64,000 nt of DNA from NCBI GenBank assembly GCA_963791945.1, contig CAWBUD010000002.1, positions 882,743 to 946,742 on the forward strand. The letters are read 5' to 3'. Below are positions 1 to 10,944 of the stretch, one piece after another. The DNA comes from an uncultured beta proteobacterium (GTDB taxonomy: Bacteria > Pseudomonadota > Gammaproteobacteria > Burkholderiales > Casimicrobiaceae). Under the pieces are notes generated by a model, which was given only the letters and a program-made list of their open reading frames with translations, had not been told where the DNA came from and ran no database searches. Every line of letters starts with the position of its first letter. Position 1 is the first letter of the stretch. Made by a program: the position numbers and the translations under genes.

Positions 1-824
1 AGCCGCTGAAAGCCGATGAGCTCGCAGCGCTCCTCGATCGCGCGGTCGCGGCGGCGATGCCCGACACGAGCTTCGCCACGGCGGCGCGCGATGCCGTCAT
101 CGATTATGCGGATGGCGACGGCCGGCGACTGATCAATCTTATCGAGCAGCTCGCGACTGCGGCGGCGGAAGCGGGCACGCGCGACATCGACCTCGCTTTC
201 GTCGAGACGACCATCACGCGCAGCCTGAGGCGGTTCGACAAGGGCGGTGACGCGTTCTACGATCAGATCTCGGCGCTCCACAAGGCCGTGCGCGGCTCGG
301 ATCCCGATGCGTCGCTGTACTGGCTGTGCCGCATGCTGGATGGAGGCGCCGATCCGCTTTACGTGGGCCGGCGCATGATCCGGATGGCGACCGAAGACAT
401 CGGGCTTGCCGATCCGCGGGCGCTGCGAGTCGCGCTCGACGCCGTCGAGACCTACGAGAGGCTCGGCACGCCCGAGGGCGAGCTCGCGCTCGCCGAAGCC
501 GCCCTCTATCTCGCGTGCGCACCGAAGAGCAACGCCGCGTACGTCGCTTACGGCAGGGCGCGCGCGTTCATCGCCGAAGACGGATCGCGTCCCGTGCCGA
601 TGCACATCCGCAACGCGCCGACGCGGCTGATGAAGAAGCTCGGGCACGGCAAAGGCTATCGCTACGCGCACGACGAGGAAGACGCGTACGCCGCCGGAGA
701 GCATTATCTGCCCGAGGGCATGCCGCCGGTGTCGTTCTACGAGCCGACAACGCGCGGCCTCGAGGCCAGGATCTCGGAGAAGCTCGCCGAGCTGCGCGAG
801 CGCGACAAGAAGCGCGACACGTAG
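1..824 (+). CDS. rarA: Replication-associated recombination protein A (RarA/MgsA), C-terminal part; the 5' end lies outside the window
   Basis: Frame 3 is open from the window edge. Translation (...DKGGDAFYDQISALHKAVRGSDPDASLYWLCRMLDGGADPLYVGRRMIRMATEDIGLADP...) matches the conserved MgsA C-terminal domain. Located next to serS. Confidence 0.85.
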   Translation, partial: PLKADELAALLDRAVAAAMPDTSFATAARDAVIDYADGDGRRLINLIEQLATAAAEAGTRDIDLAFVETTITRSLRRFDKGGDAFYDQISALHKAVRGSDPDASLYWLCRMLDGGADPLYVGRRMIRMATEDIGLADPRALRVALDAVETYERLGTPEGELALAEAALYLACAPKSNAAYVAYGRARAFIAEDGSRPVPMHIRNAPTRLMKKLGHGKGYRYAHDEEDAYAAGEHYLPEGMPPVSFYEPTTRGLEARISEKLAELRERDKKRDT

Positions 825-1069
825 AGGGCCAGCGAATGCCGGCACGCGCCCTACGCCGCAAACGCCGAACTACGGGTGCCCGGCGCGGCTTCGCTTGGCA
901 ACACACGCCCACGCTCGCCGCGCCACCCGTAACGTTCGGCGCGGCTCATGGGCGCTTTGCCGGCATTCGCCAGCCCGTTGCCGCGCCGGGCACCCGCAGG
1001 CGCGCAAGCAAGCGGCGTTCGGGCGCGAAACCGGCATTCGCCGGTGGGCATGCACGGCCCAATTGGTAG

Positions 1070-2374
<1,305 letters not shown>

Positions 2375-2498
2375 GCGCCTCGCGCGCTCCCATCCGCACC
2401 AACGGCTTGTGAATGCCGCGACCCCGACGCGCTTGCTGGCGCGGCACCGTTCGCCGATAATGACGCCGCTCGAACGCTCGCTGGCTAGAACGATCCAT

Positions 2499-2594
2499 GG
2501 CGGGCCGCCCCGCATTGCATGGTGGTGAACCTGGTCAGGTCCGGAAGGAAGCAGCCATAGCCAATCTCCGCAAGTGCCGGGGGTCCGGCTCGCC
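2499..2594 (+). ncRNA. ffs: Signal recognition particle RNA (4.5S RNA)
   Basis: Contains the invariant domain IV sequence GGUGAACCUGGUCAGGUCCGGAAGGAAGCAGCCA. The 5' GGCGGGCCG pairs with the 3' CGGCUCGCC. Followed by a T-rich tract. Classical position upstream of dnaX. Confidence 0.8.
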
Positions 2595-2766
2595 TCCCCT
2601 TCTTTGCGCGTCAGATACGACCCGATACTTTGTTGCTCACCGGCTCAGGCGCTCACGTACTCTTTTGTACGCCGCGCGGCCGCTTTGTACACCGCGCGGC
2701 TCGCGCCGCGTCTCGGGTCGATCTGACGGCGAATAAGGCGCGCTTCGCGGAGCGCGTCATTTCACG

Positions 2767-4194
2767 ATGACTTACCAGGCTCTCGCCCGCAAGTGGCGCC
2801 CCAGGACTTTCGCCGAGCTCTCCGGCCAGGAGCACGTCGTCCAGGCGCTCACCAATGCGCTGGAGCGCGGGCGGCTGCATCACGCCTATCTTCTTACCGG
2901 CACGCGCGGCGTCGGCAAGACCACCATCGCGCGTATCTTTGCCAAAAGCCTCAACTGCGTGCGTGGTGTGACGGCTACGCCCTGCGGGATCTGTCCCGCG
3001 TGCGTTGATATCGATGCCGGCCGGTTCGTCGATCTGCTCGAGCTCGACGCCGCGTCGAACACGGGCATCGACAACATGCGCGAGATTCTCGACAACGCGC
3101 GCTACGCCCCGACCGTCGGGCGCTACAAGGTTTACCTCATCGACGAAGTTCACATGCTGTCGAAAGCGGCCTTCAACTCGATGCTGAAGACCCTCGAAGA
3201 GCCGCCCGAGCACGTGAAGTTCGTGCTGGCGACGACCGACCCGCAGAAGATCCCCGTCACCGTGCTCTCGCGCTGCCTGCAGTTCAACCTGAAGCTCCTG
3301 CCGGTATCGGTCATCTCGGAGCGGCTCTCCGAGATCCTGCGCGCGGAAAAGGTGCCGTTCGACGACGCCGCAGTGACGGTGATCGCGCGCTCGGCGCGCG
3401 GCTCGATGCGCGACGCGCTGTCGGTGCTCGACCAGGCGATCGCCTACGGTGCGGGCGAAGTGCGGGAGGATGCCGTGCGGACGATGCTCGGTGCGGTGGA
3501 TGCCGACTATGCCTATCGCATCGTCGACGCGCTGCTTGTCGGGGATGGACCGTCGCTTCTCGCGGAAGCGAAGGCGCTCACCGAGCACGGCGTGTCGCTG
3601 CCAATGGCTCTGGACGAGCTCGCGGGCTTGTTTCACCGAATCGCGATTGCTCAGGCGGTGCCCGAGGCCGCCGATGCGCTGGCCGATGCCGCGCGGGTCG
3701 ACGCACTGGCACGCTCCTTCTCGCCCGAGGCCGTCCAGCTCGCCTACCAGATCTGCGTCCAGGGACGCGCCGACCTCGCGCTCGCGCCGGACGAACCGAC
3801 CGGATTCGCGATGACTCTGCTGCGCTTGCTCGCTTTCGAGCCGGGGGAGCCGGCCGGCACCGAAAAGCCGCCGCGCGGACAGCGCGACACGAAAGGCGCG
3901 GCGACGTCCAAGGCGTCGGCATCCGTGTCGGCCCCGGCCGCAGCCGAGCAACGGCCGCACCAGCAACGGCCGCACCAGCAACGGCCGCACCAGCAACGGC
4001 CGCACCAGCAACGGCCGCACCAGCAACGGCCGCACCAGCAACGGCCGCACCAGCGACGGCCACCCCCGCGCCGGCTGATGCCAAGCGGCCTTCGACGGCC
4101 GCAGACTTTCCCGCGCCAGGGGACTGGCCCGCGTTCGTCGCCGGCATGCGCCTGTCGGGCATCGCCCGCGAGCTCGCCGCGCAGACGGAGCTAA
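2767..4194 (+). CDS. dnaX: DNA polymerase III subunit gamma/tau, 0-frame product (clamp-loader domains, then repeat and an aberrant tail)
   Basis: [53 protein letters not shown] (Walker A), the zinc module [17 protein letters not shown] and SRC. See the finding on the frame split. Confidence 0.85.
   Translation: MTYQALARKWRPRTFAELSGQEHVVQALTNALERGRLHHAYLLTGTRGVGKTTIARIFAKSLNCVRGVTATPCGICPACVDIDAGRFVDLLELDAASNTGIDNMREILDNARYAPTVGRYKVYLIDEVHMLSKAAFNSMLKTLEEPPEHVKFVLATTDPQKIPVTVLSRCLQFNLKLLPVSVISERLSEILRAEKVPFDDAAVTVIARSARGSMRDALSVLDQAIAYGAGEVREDAVRTMLGAVDADYAYRIVDALLVGDGPSLLAEAKALTEHGVSLPMALDELAGLFHRIAIAQAVPEAADALADAARVDALARSFSPEAVQLAYQICVQGRADLALAPDEPTGFAMTLLRLLAFEPGEPAGTEKPPRGQRDTKGAATSKASASVSAPAAAEQRPHQQRPHQQRPHQQRPHQQRPHQQRPHQQRPHQRRPPPRRLMPSGLRRPQTFPRQGTGPRSSPACACRASPASSPRRRS
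3949..4068. repeat. 15-bp tandem repeat CAACGGCCGCACCAG, 7 perfect copies plus 1 degenerate, inside dnaX
   Basis: Read directly from the sequence. Translates as QQRPH in the dnaX 0 frame and as ATAAP in the -1 frame. Confidence 0.95.
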
Positions 4195-4490
4195 GGTCGA
4201 ACGCCGGGAACGAGATCGTTCTCGGCGTCCCCGAAGCGGCGCGGCACCTTACCGACAAGGCGTACGCGGACAAGCTCAAGGCCGCGCTCGAGCGGACCCT
4301 GGGCCGCCGGTTGCGGCTGCGCTTCGAAGCGGGCGAGGTCGCCGACACGACGCTCGCGGCTCAGGAGAAGCGCGAGCGGGAGGCGGCGCGGGCGGGCACC
4401 GAAGCGGCCTTCCTCGACGACCCGTTCGTGCAGGACATCGTGTCGCGTTTCGACGCGCGCGTCCGCCCGGACTCGATCAAGCCGAGCTGA
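4146..4490 (+). CDS. dnaX: Tau C-terminal region of DnaX, in the -1 frame relative to 2767..4194 (ATG-delimited ORF; the frame is open far upstream)
   Basis: The -1 frame reads ...[70 protein letters not shown]..., which is the typical tau C-terminal domain sequence. Confidence 0.7.
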   Translation: MRLSGIARELAAQTELRSNAGNEIVLGVPEAARHLTDKAYADKLKAALERTLGRRLRLRFEAGEVADTTLAAQEKREREAARAGTEAAFLDDPFVQDIVSRFDARVRPDSIKPS

Positions 4491-4511
4491 TCGCACGGGA
4501 GATTTTCAACG

Positions 4512-4838
4512 ATGATGAAGAACCAGTTGGCCGGGCTCATGAAGCAGGCCCAGGCGATGCAGGACAACATGAAGAAGGCGCAGGAGGAGATCGCCAAGCT
4601 CGAGATCGAGGGCCAGGCGGGCGCGGGCATGGTCAAGGTGGTCATGACCGGCCGCCACGACGTCAAGCGGGTGACGATCGACCCCACGCTGCTCGGCGAG
4701 GACAAGGACATGCTCGAGGATCTGGTGGCGGCGGCGGTCAACGACGCCGTGCGCAAGGTCGAGGCTGCATCGCAGGAGAAGATGGCGGGGCTCACCGCGG
4801 GATTGCCGATGCCGCCGGGCTTCAAGCTGCCCTTCTGA
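4512..4838 (+). CDS. ybaB: Nucleoid-associated protein YbaB/EbfC
   Basis: 108 aa. [58 protein letters not shown]. dnaX-ybaB-recR synteny. Confidence 0.9.
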   Translation: MMKNQLAGLMKQAQAMQDNMKKAQEEIAKLEIEGQAGAGMVKVVMTGRHDVKRVTIDPTLLGEDKDMLEDLVAAAVNDAVRKVEAASQEKMAGLTAGLPMPPGFKLPF

Positions 4839-4849
4839 CGGCGGACTCA

Positions 4850-5452
4850 ATGGAAGCGCTGGGCAGCCTCGAGGAATTGACACAGGCGTTGCGCTGTTTG
4901 CCGGGGGTTGGTCCCAAGTCGGCGCAACGCATGGCGCTCCACCTGCTGCAGTACGATCGCGAAGGCGCGCGGCGGCTCGCGCGCGCGCTCGGGCTCGCGA
5001 CCGAGAACATCCGCCACTGCCAGCGCTGCAACACCTTCACCGAGGGCGACCTGTGCGCGCTGTGCCGCTCGGCGAAGCGCGATCCGGGCCTGCTCTGCGT
5101 GGTCGAGACGCCGGCCGACCTGATGATGATGGAGCAGACCCAGGCGTACTCCGGGCTGTATTTCGTGCTGATGGGTCGGCTGTCGCCGCTCGACGGCATC
5201 GGTCCGAAGGAGATCCGGCTCGACAGGCTACTCAAGCGCGCGCAGGACGGCGTCGTACGCGAGGTCGTGCTGGCAACCAACTTCACCAACGAGGGCGAGG
5301 CGACTGCACACTACATCGGCGAGCTCTTGACCGCCAAGGGGCTGGCCGTGACCCGGCTTGCCCGGGGGGTGCCCGTGGGGGGCGAGCTGGAGTACGTGGA
5401 CAGCGGCACGCTGGCGCAGGCGCTCCGCGAGCGGCGCAGTATGGCGGGGTGA
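4850..5452 (+). CDS. recR: Recombination protein RecR
   Basis: 200 aa. [17 protein letters not shown] helix-hairpin-helix, zinc finger [16 protein letters not shown], Toprim region. Confidence 0.95.
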   Translation: MEALGSLEELTQALRCLPGVGPKSAQRMALHLLQYDREGARRLARALGLATENIRHCQRCNTFTEGDLCALCRSAKRDPGLLCVVETPADLMMMEQTQAYSGLYFVLMGRLSPLDGIGPKEIRLDRLLKRAQDGVVREVVLATNFTNEGEATAHYIGELLTAKGLAVTRLARGVPVGGELEYVDSGTLAQALRERRSMAG

Positions 5453-5613
5453 AATCCGACGCCTCTATTCGGTCTACAGGCTGGACGCAGGGTCCCGTGA
5501 CGGTATAATCATTCGCGCATCGCGGGTATTCCTGCGCCAAGCACCCGGGGGGCGACAGCCGCGAACAACAACAGCCCCAATTAACGTGCCCAACACCCTG
5601 TCTAGGAGGAGCC

Positions 5614-6771
5614 ATGACACGCAAGGCGAAGTCCTGCTCTACCCAGTCTGATTCGAACACCGCAAAAACGCGGCGCAAGTTCCTGAAGGCCGCAGGCGGC
5701 GCGGCTGCTGCCGCCGCGGGACTCGGCTTTCCCGCAATCGCGACCTCGCAGACGCAGATTACCTGGCGGTTCCAGAGCACCTGGCCCGCCAAGGACATCT
5801 TCCACGAATACGCGCAGGATTACGCGCGGCGCGTCAACGAAATGTCGGGCAACCGCTTCAAGCTCGATGTGCTTCCCGCGGGTGCGGTGGTCGGCGCTTT
5901 CGGCATGCAGGATGCGGTGAGCACGGGCGTGCTCGACGGCGGGCATGGCGTGTGCGCGTATTGGTACGGCAAGAACAAGGCGTTTTCGCTCTTCGGCACC
6001 GCGCCCTCATTCGGCTGGGTTGCCAACGATCTCCTCGGCTGGTTCTACTACGGCGACGGGGAGAAGCTTTACAACGAGCTCGTCAACGACATCCTCAAGG
6101 TCAATTGCGTCGGCTGGCTGACCGGGCCGATGCCCACGCAGCCGCTCGGCTGGTTCAAGAAGCCGATCACCGATGTCGCCCAGTTCCAGAAGCTCAAGTA
6201 CCGCACGGTCGGGCTAGCCGCCGACTTGATGAACGAGCTGGGCGCCGCGGTCACGATCATCGGCGGCCCGGACATCGTGCCGTCCATGGACAGAGGCGTG
6301 ATCGACGCTGCGGAGTTCAACAACCCGTCGTCCGATCTGGCGCTCGGTTTCCCCGACGTATCGAAGGTGTACATGGTCCAGAGCTTCCACCAGGACATGG
6401 AATGCTTCGAGATCATCTTCAACAAGAACAAGTACAACGCGTTGCCCAAGGAGCTGCAGGCGATTCTCAGGTACACCTGCGAGGCCGCGTCCTCCGATAT
6501 GTCGTGGAAGTGGCAGAAGCGCTATCCCGAGGATCTCGTCAAGATCGAGAAGATGGGCGTGAAGGTGTACGAGACGCCGAAGTCGGTCCTCGAGGCCCAA
6601 CTCGCGGCCTGGGATAAGATCCTCGCCAAGCTGTCCGCGGAGAACAAGTTCTTCGGCCGGGTGATCGAGTCGCAGAAGGCATGGGCCAAGACGGTCGTCG
6701 GGTACAAGGCTCAGTTCGAATCGCCGCGCGAGCTCGCATCAAAGCACTTCTTGGGCCTGAACCGGGCCTGA
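5614..6771 (+). CDS. TRAP transporter substrate-binding protein (DctP-like) with a Tat-type signal
   Basis: RRKFLKAAGGAAAAAAGLGFPAIATSQ twin-arginine leader. Followed by small and large TRAP permease genes. Confidence 0.8.
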   Translation: MTRKAKSCSTQSDSNTAKTRRKFLKAAGGAAAAAAGLGFPAIATSQTQITWRFQSTWPAKDIFHEYAQDYARRVNEMSGNRFKLDVLPAGAVVGAFGMQDAVSTGVLDGGHGVCAYWYGKNKAFSLFGTAPSFGWVANDLLGWFYYGDGEKLYNELVNDILKVNCVGWLTGPMPTQPLGWFKKPITDVAQFQKLKYRTVGLAADLMNELGAAVTIIGGPDIVPSMDRGVIDAAEFNNPSSDLALGFPDVSKVYMVQSFHQDMECFEIIFNKNKYNALPKELQAILRYTCEAASSDMSWKWQKRYPEDLVKIEKMGVKVYETPKSVLEAQLAAWDKILAKLSAENKFFGRVIESQKAWAKTVVGYKAQFESPRELASKHFLGLNRA

Positions 6772-6788
6772 CGTCTGATCAGCGCTAG

Positions 6789-6856
6789 ACCTTCGCCACC
6801 GTCCGGGTAATCGCCGCCAGCCGACGGTTTGCCCCGACGGGCGAAGGTTTTTTTGT
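6789..6856 (+). terminator. Long compound hairpin plus T-run between the TRAP binding-protein and permease genes
   Basis: ACCTTCGCC (6789..6797) pairs with GGCGAAGGT (6840..6848), followed by TTTTTTTG. An inner CCGTC/GACGG pairing is also present. Confidence 0.4.
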
Positions 6857-6935
6857 ATCGAAAAGCTCTCGGGCGGAGCGGGTCGCGCCGGACGCGGCGC
6901 TGTACAGCCGGGCGGATAGCCGAGGGGGGAAATGC

Positions 6936-7553
6936 ATGCAGCGCTACCTGTTGCTCATCGATGACCTGAGCACCTGGGTCGGCAAGACCTTCGCGTGGTG
7001 CATCCTCATCCTTACGCTCGTCACCTCCTACGACGTCGTGATGCGCTACGTCTTCAGCGCTCCGACCGGCTGGGCGTACGACACCGAGTACATCATGTAC
7101 GGCACGCTGTTCATGATGGCCGGGGCGTACGCGCTCTCGCAGGACGCGCACGTGCGCGGCGATTTTGTCGCCCGGCTGATGCCGGTCAAGGTCAGGGCGG
7201 GCGTCGAGCTCGCCTGTCTGATCCTGTTCTTCTTCCCGGCGATGCTGGCGCTCCTCTACTCCGGCGCCGAATTCTTCCACGTCTCCTGGCTGCAAAACGA
7301 GCACAGCGTGTCGAGCCCGACCGGCCCCGCGATCTATCCTTTCAAGGCGATCATTCCGCTGGCAGCGGTCTTCATGCTGCTGCAGGGAACGGTGGAAGTC
7401 ATCCGATGCGTGATTGCGCTTCGAACCGGGGAGGTGCCGAAGCGCCGCCGCGACGTCGAGGAGCTGGAGAAGGTCATTCTCGAGGAGGCGAAGGAGGGCA
7501 AGACCGCGGAGCAGATCCTCGCGGACGTCGAACGCCACGGAGAAGAGCAATGA
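6936..7553 (+). CDS. TRAP transporter small permease (DctQ-like)
   Basis: 205 aa hydrophobic protein. ATGA stop/start overlap with the large permease. Confidence 0.8.
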   Translation: MQRYLLLIDDLSTWVGKTFAWCILILTLVTSYDVVMRYVFSAPTGWAYDTEYIMYGTLFMMAGAYALSQDAHVRGDFVARLMPVKVRAGVELACLILFFFPAMLALLYSGAEFFHVSWLQNEHSVSSPTGPAIYPFKAIIPLAAVFMLLQGTVEVIRCVIALRTGEVPKRRRDVEELEKVILEEAKEGKTAEQILADVERHGEEQ

Positions 7554-8872
7554 CCGATCCGCAAGTCGGCGTCCTGATGATGTGCATGTTCATCTTCATC
7601 ATATTCTTAGGCTTTCCGATCGCCTTCACGCTGGTCGCGCTCGCCGTGTTCTTCGGCTACTACGCGATGGGCGACAACATCTTCCAGCTCCTGGTGCAGC
7701 GGGCATTCGGCGTGATGTCGAACGACGTGCTGATCGCGGTGCCGCTGTTCCTGTTCATGGGTTACATGGTCGAGCGATCGAACATACTCGATCGACTGTT
7801 TCACAGCCTGCAGGTGTCGGCCAAACACATACCGGGATCGCTCGCCGTCGCGACGCTCGCCACCTGCGCGCTGTTCGCGACCGCGACGGGCATCGTCGGC
7901 GCGGTCGTGACGCTGATGGGCTTGCTCGCCTTTCCGGCGATGCTCAAGGCGGGTTACGACATCAAGCTCTCCGCGGGCGTGGTCGCGGCCGGCGGGTGTC
8001 TCGGCATCCTGATCCCGCCGAGCATCATGCTGATCCTGTACGGCGCCATGGCGAGCGTGTCCGTCGTGCGGCTCTACGCCGGCGCCTTCCTGCCGGGCTT
8101 CCTGCTCGCCAGCCTCTACATGCTCTATGTCATCGGCCGCTCGATGCTCAACCCGAAGCTCGCGCCCAAGCTGCCGAAGGAGCAGACCGATATCCCGATG
8201 CGGCAGATGGTGATGCTGCTCGCCACGTCGTTCTTCCCGCTGGCGTTCCTGATCCTGGCGGTGCTGGGCGCGATCCTGTTCGGGCTCGCCACGCCCAACG
8301 AGGCCGCGGCGTTCGGGGCCTTCGGCTCGATTCTCCTCGCCATTGGCTATCGGCAATTTACCTGGCTGCGGCTGAAGGAAGCCGTATTCCTCACCGCGCG
8401 GACGGCGGCGATGGTGTGCTGGCTCTTCGTCGGCTCGTGGTCGTTTTCTTCCGTGTTCTCGTACCTCGGCGGACAGGGCGTGGTCGAGAACTTCATTCTC
8501 GGCCTCAACATGAACGCGGTCACGTTCATGATCCTCACCCAGTTCATCATTTTCCTGCTGGGCTGGCCGCTGGAGTGGACCGAGATCATCATCATCTTCG
8601 TGCCGATTTTCCTGCCGCTCTTGCACAATTTCAACATCGATCCGGTCTTCTTCGGCGTGCTCGTGGCACTCAACATCCAGACCTCGTTCCTGACGCCGCC
8701 GATGGCGATGTCGTGCTACTACCTCAAGGGCGTCGCGCCGAAGCACGTGACGCTGAACCAGATCTTCGCTGGCGCGCTGCCGTTCCTGTTCATGGTGTTC
8801 GTCTCCATGTTCCTGGTCTACGTCTTCCCGCAGATCGCGATGTGGCTGCCGGACCAGGTCTATGGGCATTGA
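7550..8872 (+). CDS. TRAP transporter large permease (DctM-like)
   Basis: Start chosen at MTDPQVGVLMMCMFIFIIFLGFPIAF (ATG at 7550). The polytopic membrane protein covers the whole ORF. The longer ORF from 6995 overlaps dctQ and is Arg-rich nonsense. Confidence 0.88.
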   Translation: MTDPQVGVLMMCMFIFIIFLGFPIAFTLVALAVFFGYYAMGDNIFQLLVQRAFGVMSNDVLIAVPLFLFMGYMVERSNILDRLFHSLQVSAKHIPGSLAVATLATCALFATATGIVGAVVTLMGLLAFPAMLKAGYDIKLSAGVVAAGGCLGILIPPSIMLILYGAMASVSVVRLYAGAFLPGFLLASLYMLYVIGRSMLNPKLAPKLPKEQTDIPMRQMVMLLATSFFPLAFLILAVLGAILFGLATPNEAAAFGAFGSILLAIGYRQFTWLRLKEAVFLTARTAAMVCWLFVGSWSFSSVFSYLGGQGVVENFILGLNMNAVTFMILTQFIIFLLGWPLEWTEIIIIFVPIFLPLLHNFNIDPVFFGVLVALNIQTSFLTPPMAMSCYYLKGVAPKHVTLNQIFAGALPFLFMVFVSMFLVYVFPQIAMWLPDQVYGH

Positions 8873-8964
8873 TGGCGTCGCAAGTCGTTGCGCGCCGACC
8901 GACGCGAGGAGTAAGCTGACCGCATAGGGCCGCGAACGAAGGGAAGGCTCACCAGGGAGGAACC

Positions 8965-9402
8965 ATGCTGGTCAGCGAAATCCTCCGCATCAAGGGGAAC
9001 GCTCTCTTTACGACGCCGCCGCATGGCACCGTGCTCGAAGCGGTCAAAGTCATGGCGCAGCACGACATCGGCTCGCTGGTCGTGATGGACCATGGGCAGA
9101 TGATCGGAATGCTTACGTTCGCCGAAGTGCTCGAGGCGCTGGCGAAACGCCAGGGCCAGCTCGGCGAGCTCAAGGTGAACGACATCTACGTGCGCGACCC
9201 GCTGGTCGCGACACCGCACCTCGATGTGATGGAGCTCCGCCGGGCGATGCTCGATCGCCATGCGCGCTACGTTCCGGTGCAGGAGGGCCCGACGCTGCTC
9301 GGCGTCGTGTCCTTTCACGACGTGGCCAAGGCCGTCTACGAAGAGCAGACCTTCGAGAACCGCATGCTCAAGAGCTACATCAAGAGCTGGCCGGACGAAT
9401 AG
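8965..9402 (+). CDS. CBS domain-containing protein
   Basis: 145 aa, two CBS-like repeats (HDIGSLVVMDHGQMIGMLT... / RYVPVQEGPTLLGVVSFHDVAK). Confidence 0.8.
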   Translation: MLVSEILRIKGNALFTTPPHGTVLEAVKVMAQHDIGSLVVMDHGQMIGMLTFAEVLEALAKRQGQLGELKVNDIYVRDPLVATPHLDVMELRRAMLDRHARYVPVQEGPTLLGVVSFHDVAKAVYEEQTFENRMLKSYIKSWPDE

Positions 9403-9482
9403 ACCAACCGGATGGCGTAGCCCGGGATGAGCGTTAGCGAATCCCGGGGTTCGCCCGGATCAAGTCCGGAGTCACCGCCGGG

Positions 9483-10211
9483 CTACAGCCCGAGAAGAAA
9501 GAGGGCGGGGCGTTTCCCCAACGACGTCGGCGGCGGCGAGCGCCATTCGGCGATCGTGCGGCAGAGGACCTGCTGGGTCGGGAGCGTCAGGTCGGCGGCG
9601 ACGCAGAAGCGCAGCTCCGGCCGGCATGCCGACAGCACGGCCGCGATCATGGCATCGTTGCGGTACGGAGTCTCGATGAAAAGCTGCGTCACACCCACGG
9701 CAGCGGCTCGATCCAGAGTGCGCAGCGCCGCTTCCCGCGGCGCAGCTTTCACCGGCAGATAGCCGTGGAAGGCGAAAGCCTGCCCATTCATGCCCGACGC
9801 CATCAGGGCCAGCAGCACCGCGGAAGGCCCGACCAACGGCACAACCTTTACGCCAGCGACGTGCGCGGCCTGTACGAGCGGTGCGCCTGGATCGGCTACA
9901 CCGGGGCAGCCGGCGTCGGTCAGCAATCCGAGATCGTGTCCCCGCAACACGGGCGTAAGCAGCTCTGCGATGCGCCTGCTCGGCGTATGCTCGTTGAGCT
10001 CCGTCATGGCGATCGACTGCAGCGGGCGATGCAGACCGAGCGTTTTCAGGAACTGCCGGGCGATCCTGGGCGTTTCGACGACGAAATGCGAGAGGCCGCG
10101 CGCGACGTCCATCGTGCGCTGTGGCAGGACCACATCCGGCGGCACCAGGCCCAGAAGGCTCGGAATCACATAGAGCGTTCCGAGTTCGCGGGAATGGACC
10201 GGCGCGTTCAC
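9483..10211 (-). CDS. SAM-dependent methyltransferase, tetrapyrrole-methylase (RsmI/YraL-like) fold
   Basis: LYVIPSLLG...LLTDAGCPGVADPGAPLV...VVPLVGPSAVLLALMASGMNGQAFAFHGYLP. The GTG start at 10211 overlaps the maf stop (GTGA). The longer ORF to 10457 runs inside maf. Confidence 0.7.
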   Translation of the reverse strand: MNAPVHSRELGTLYVIPSLLGLVPPDVVLPQRTMDVARGLSHFVVETPRIARQFLKTLGLHRPLQSIAMTELNEHTPSRRIAELLTPVLRGHDLGLLTDAGCPGVADPGAPLVQAAHVAGVKVVPLVGPSAVLLALMASGMNGQAFAFHGYLPVKAAPREAALRTLDRAAAVGVTQLFIETPYRNDAMIAAVLSACRPELRFCVAADLTLPTQQVLCRTIAEWRSPPPTSLGKRPALFLLGL

Positions 10212-10825
10212 GACCGCATTAGCGGCAGCGGCCGGACGCCCTCCGCCTCCAGCAGGTCGACGAGGCGGATCAGCGGCAGTCCGATCAGCGCGGACGGATC
10301 GTCGCTGGCGATGCGCGTGAACAGAGCGATGCCGAGACCTTCGGATTTGACCGACCCCGCGCAGTCGAGCGGCGACTCCCGGTCGAGATAGGCCTCCAGC
10401 TCGCTGTCGTCGAGATTGCGAAAAGTGCTCGCCACGTCGACCAGCGCCGACCGGCACGCACCCGTCGCGGCATTGACCAGCGCGACCGCCGTGTGGAAGA
10501 CGACCGTGCGGCCGCGCATCGCACGCAATTGCTCGAGCGCGTCGAGCCGGTCCCTCGGCTTGCCGATCGGCAAGCCCGCGAGCTCAGCCACCTGGTCGGA
10601 CCCGATCACGAGCGCATCGGGGCGGCTGCGCGCGATGGCGCGGGCCTTGGCCTCGGCGAGGCGCACCGCGGTGTCCGCGGGAGCCTCGCCCGGCAGAGCG
10701 GTCTCGTCGATGTCCGGCGCGAGGACCTCGAACGCGAGTCCCAGACGCTCCAGCAGCGCGCGTCGATGGCGCGATCCGGAGGCGAGAACCAGTCGCGGCA
10801 TTGCCGGGGAAGTTGCTGTTTTCAC
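10208..10825 (-). CDS. maf: Maf-like nucleoside triphosphate pyrophosphatase
   Basis: LVLASGSRHRRALLERLGL...GSDQV...DCAGSVKSEGLG. An alternative start MPRLVLASGS lies at 10801. Confidence 0.9.
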   Translation of the reverse strand: MKTATSPAMPRLVLASGSRHRRALLERLGLAFEVLAPDIDETALPGEAPADTAVRLAEAKARAIARSRPDALVIGSDQVAELAGLPIGKPRDRLDALEQLRAMRGRTVVFHTAVALVNAATGACRSALVDVASTFRNLDDSELEAYLDRESPLDCAGSVKSEGLGIALFTRIASDDPSALIGLPLIRLVDLLEAEGVRPLPLMRS

Positions 10826-10944
10826 GGCGTTCTTTGACAGGACGCGGCTCGCGGGCTAAAATACCCCATTTTGCTTCGTCCGGGCGGCTTTGTCAGCGGC
10901 TCGTTCTGTTGCAAAAAAGGTCGGACCGGCGCCTAGGCGAAGCG

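Noticed and set aside
3858-3870. ACCGAAAAGCCG as an E. coli-like dnaX slippery site
   Set aside because: The 0-frame phasing is ACC GAA AAG, which does not give an X_XXY_YYZ heptamer. No obvious downstream hairpin was noted.
2653-4050. 465-aa minus-strand ORF starting [16 protein letters not shown]...
   Set aside because: Antisense of dnaX. The striking repeat is just the reverse complement of the 15-bp dnaX tandem repeat.
3949-4068. Possible CRISPR-like array (regular 15-bp periodicity)
   Set aside because: The units are contiguous with no spacers and only 15 bp long, and they lie inside a coding region. This is a simple tandem repeat.
6995-7549. N-terminal 185-aa extension of the DctM ORF
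   Set aside because: It overlaps the DctQ gene in another frame and is Arg-rich. A good ATG at 7550 with ATGA coupling gives a normal DctM N-terminus.
7607-8869. 420-aa minus-strand ORF opposite dctM, and the 501-aa plus-strand alternative frame at 7414..8919
   Set aside because: His/Arg/Asp/Glu-rich nonsense opposite or overlapping a clear polytopic permease frame.
9421-9448. CCCGGGAT-N12-ATCCCGGG hairpin between the convergent CBS and methyltransferase genes as a bidirectional terminator
   Set aside because: Plausible, but there is no flanking T or A run, so it is not reported as a feature.
10212-10457. Longer version (324 aa) of the methyltransferase ORF
   Set aside because: The extension lies inside maf in another frame and is Arg/Ala-rich. 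The GTG at 10211 overlapping the maf stop gives a normal-length protein.
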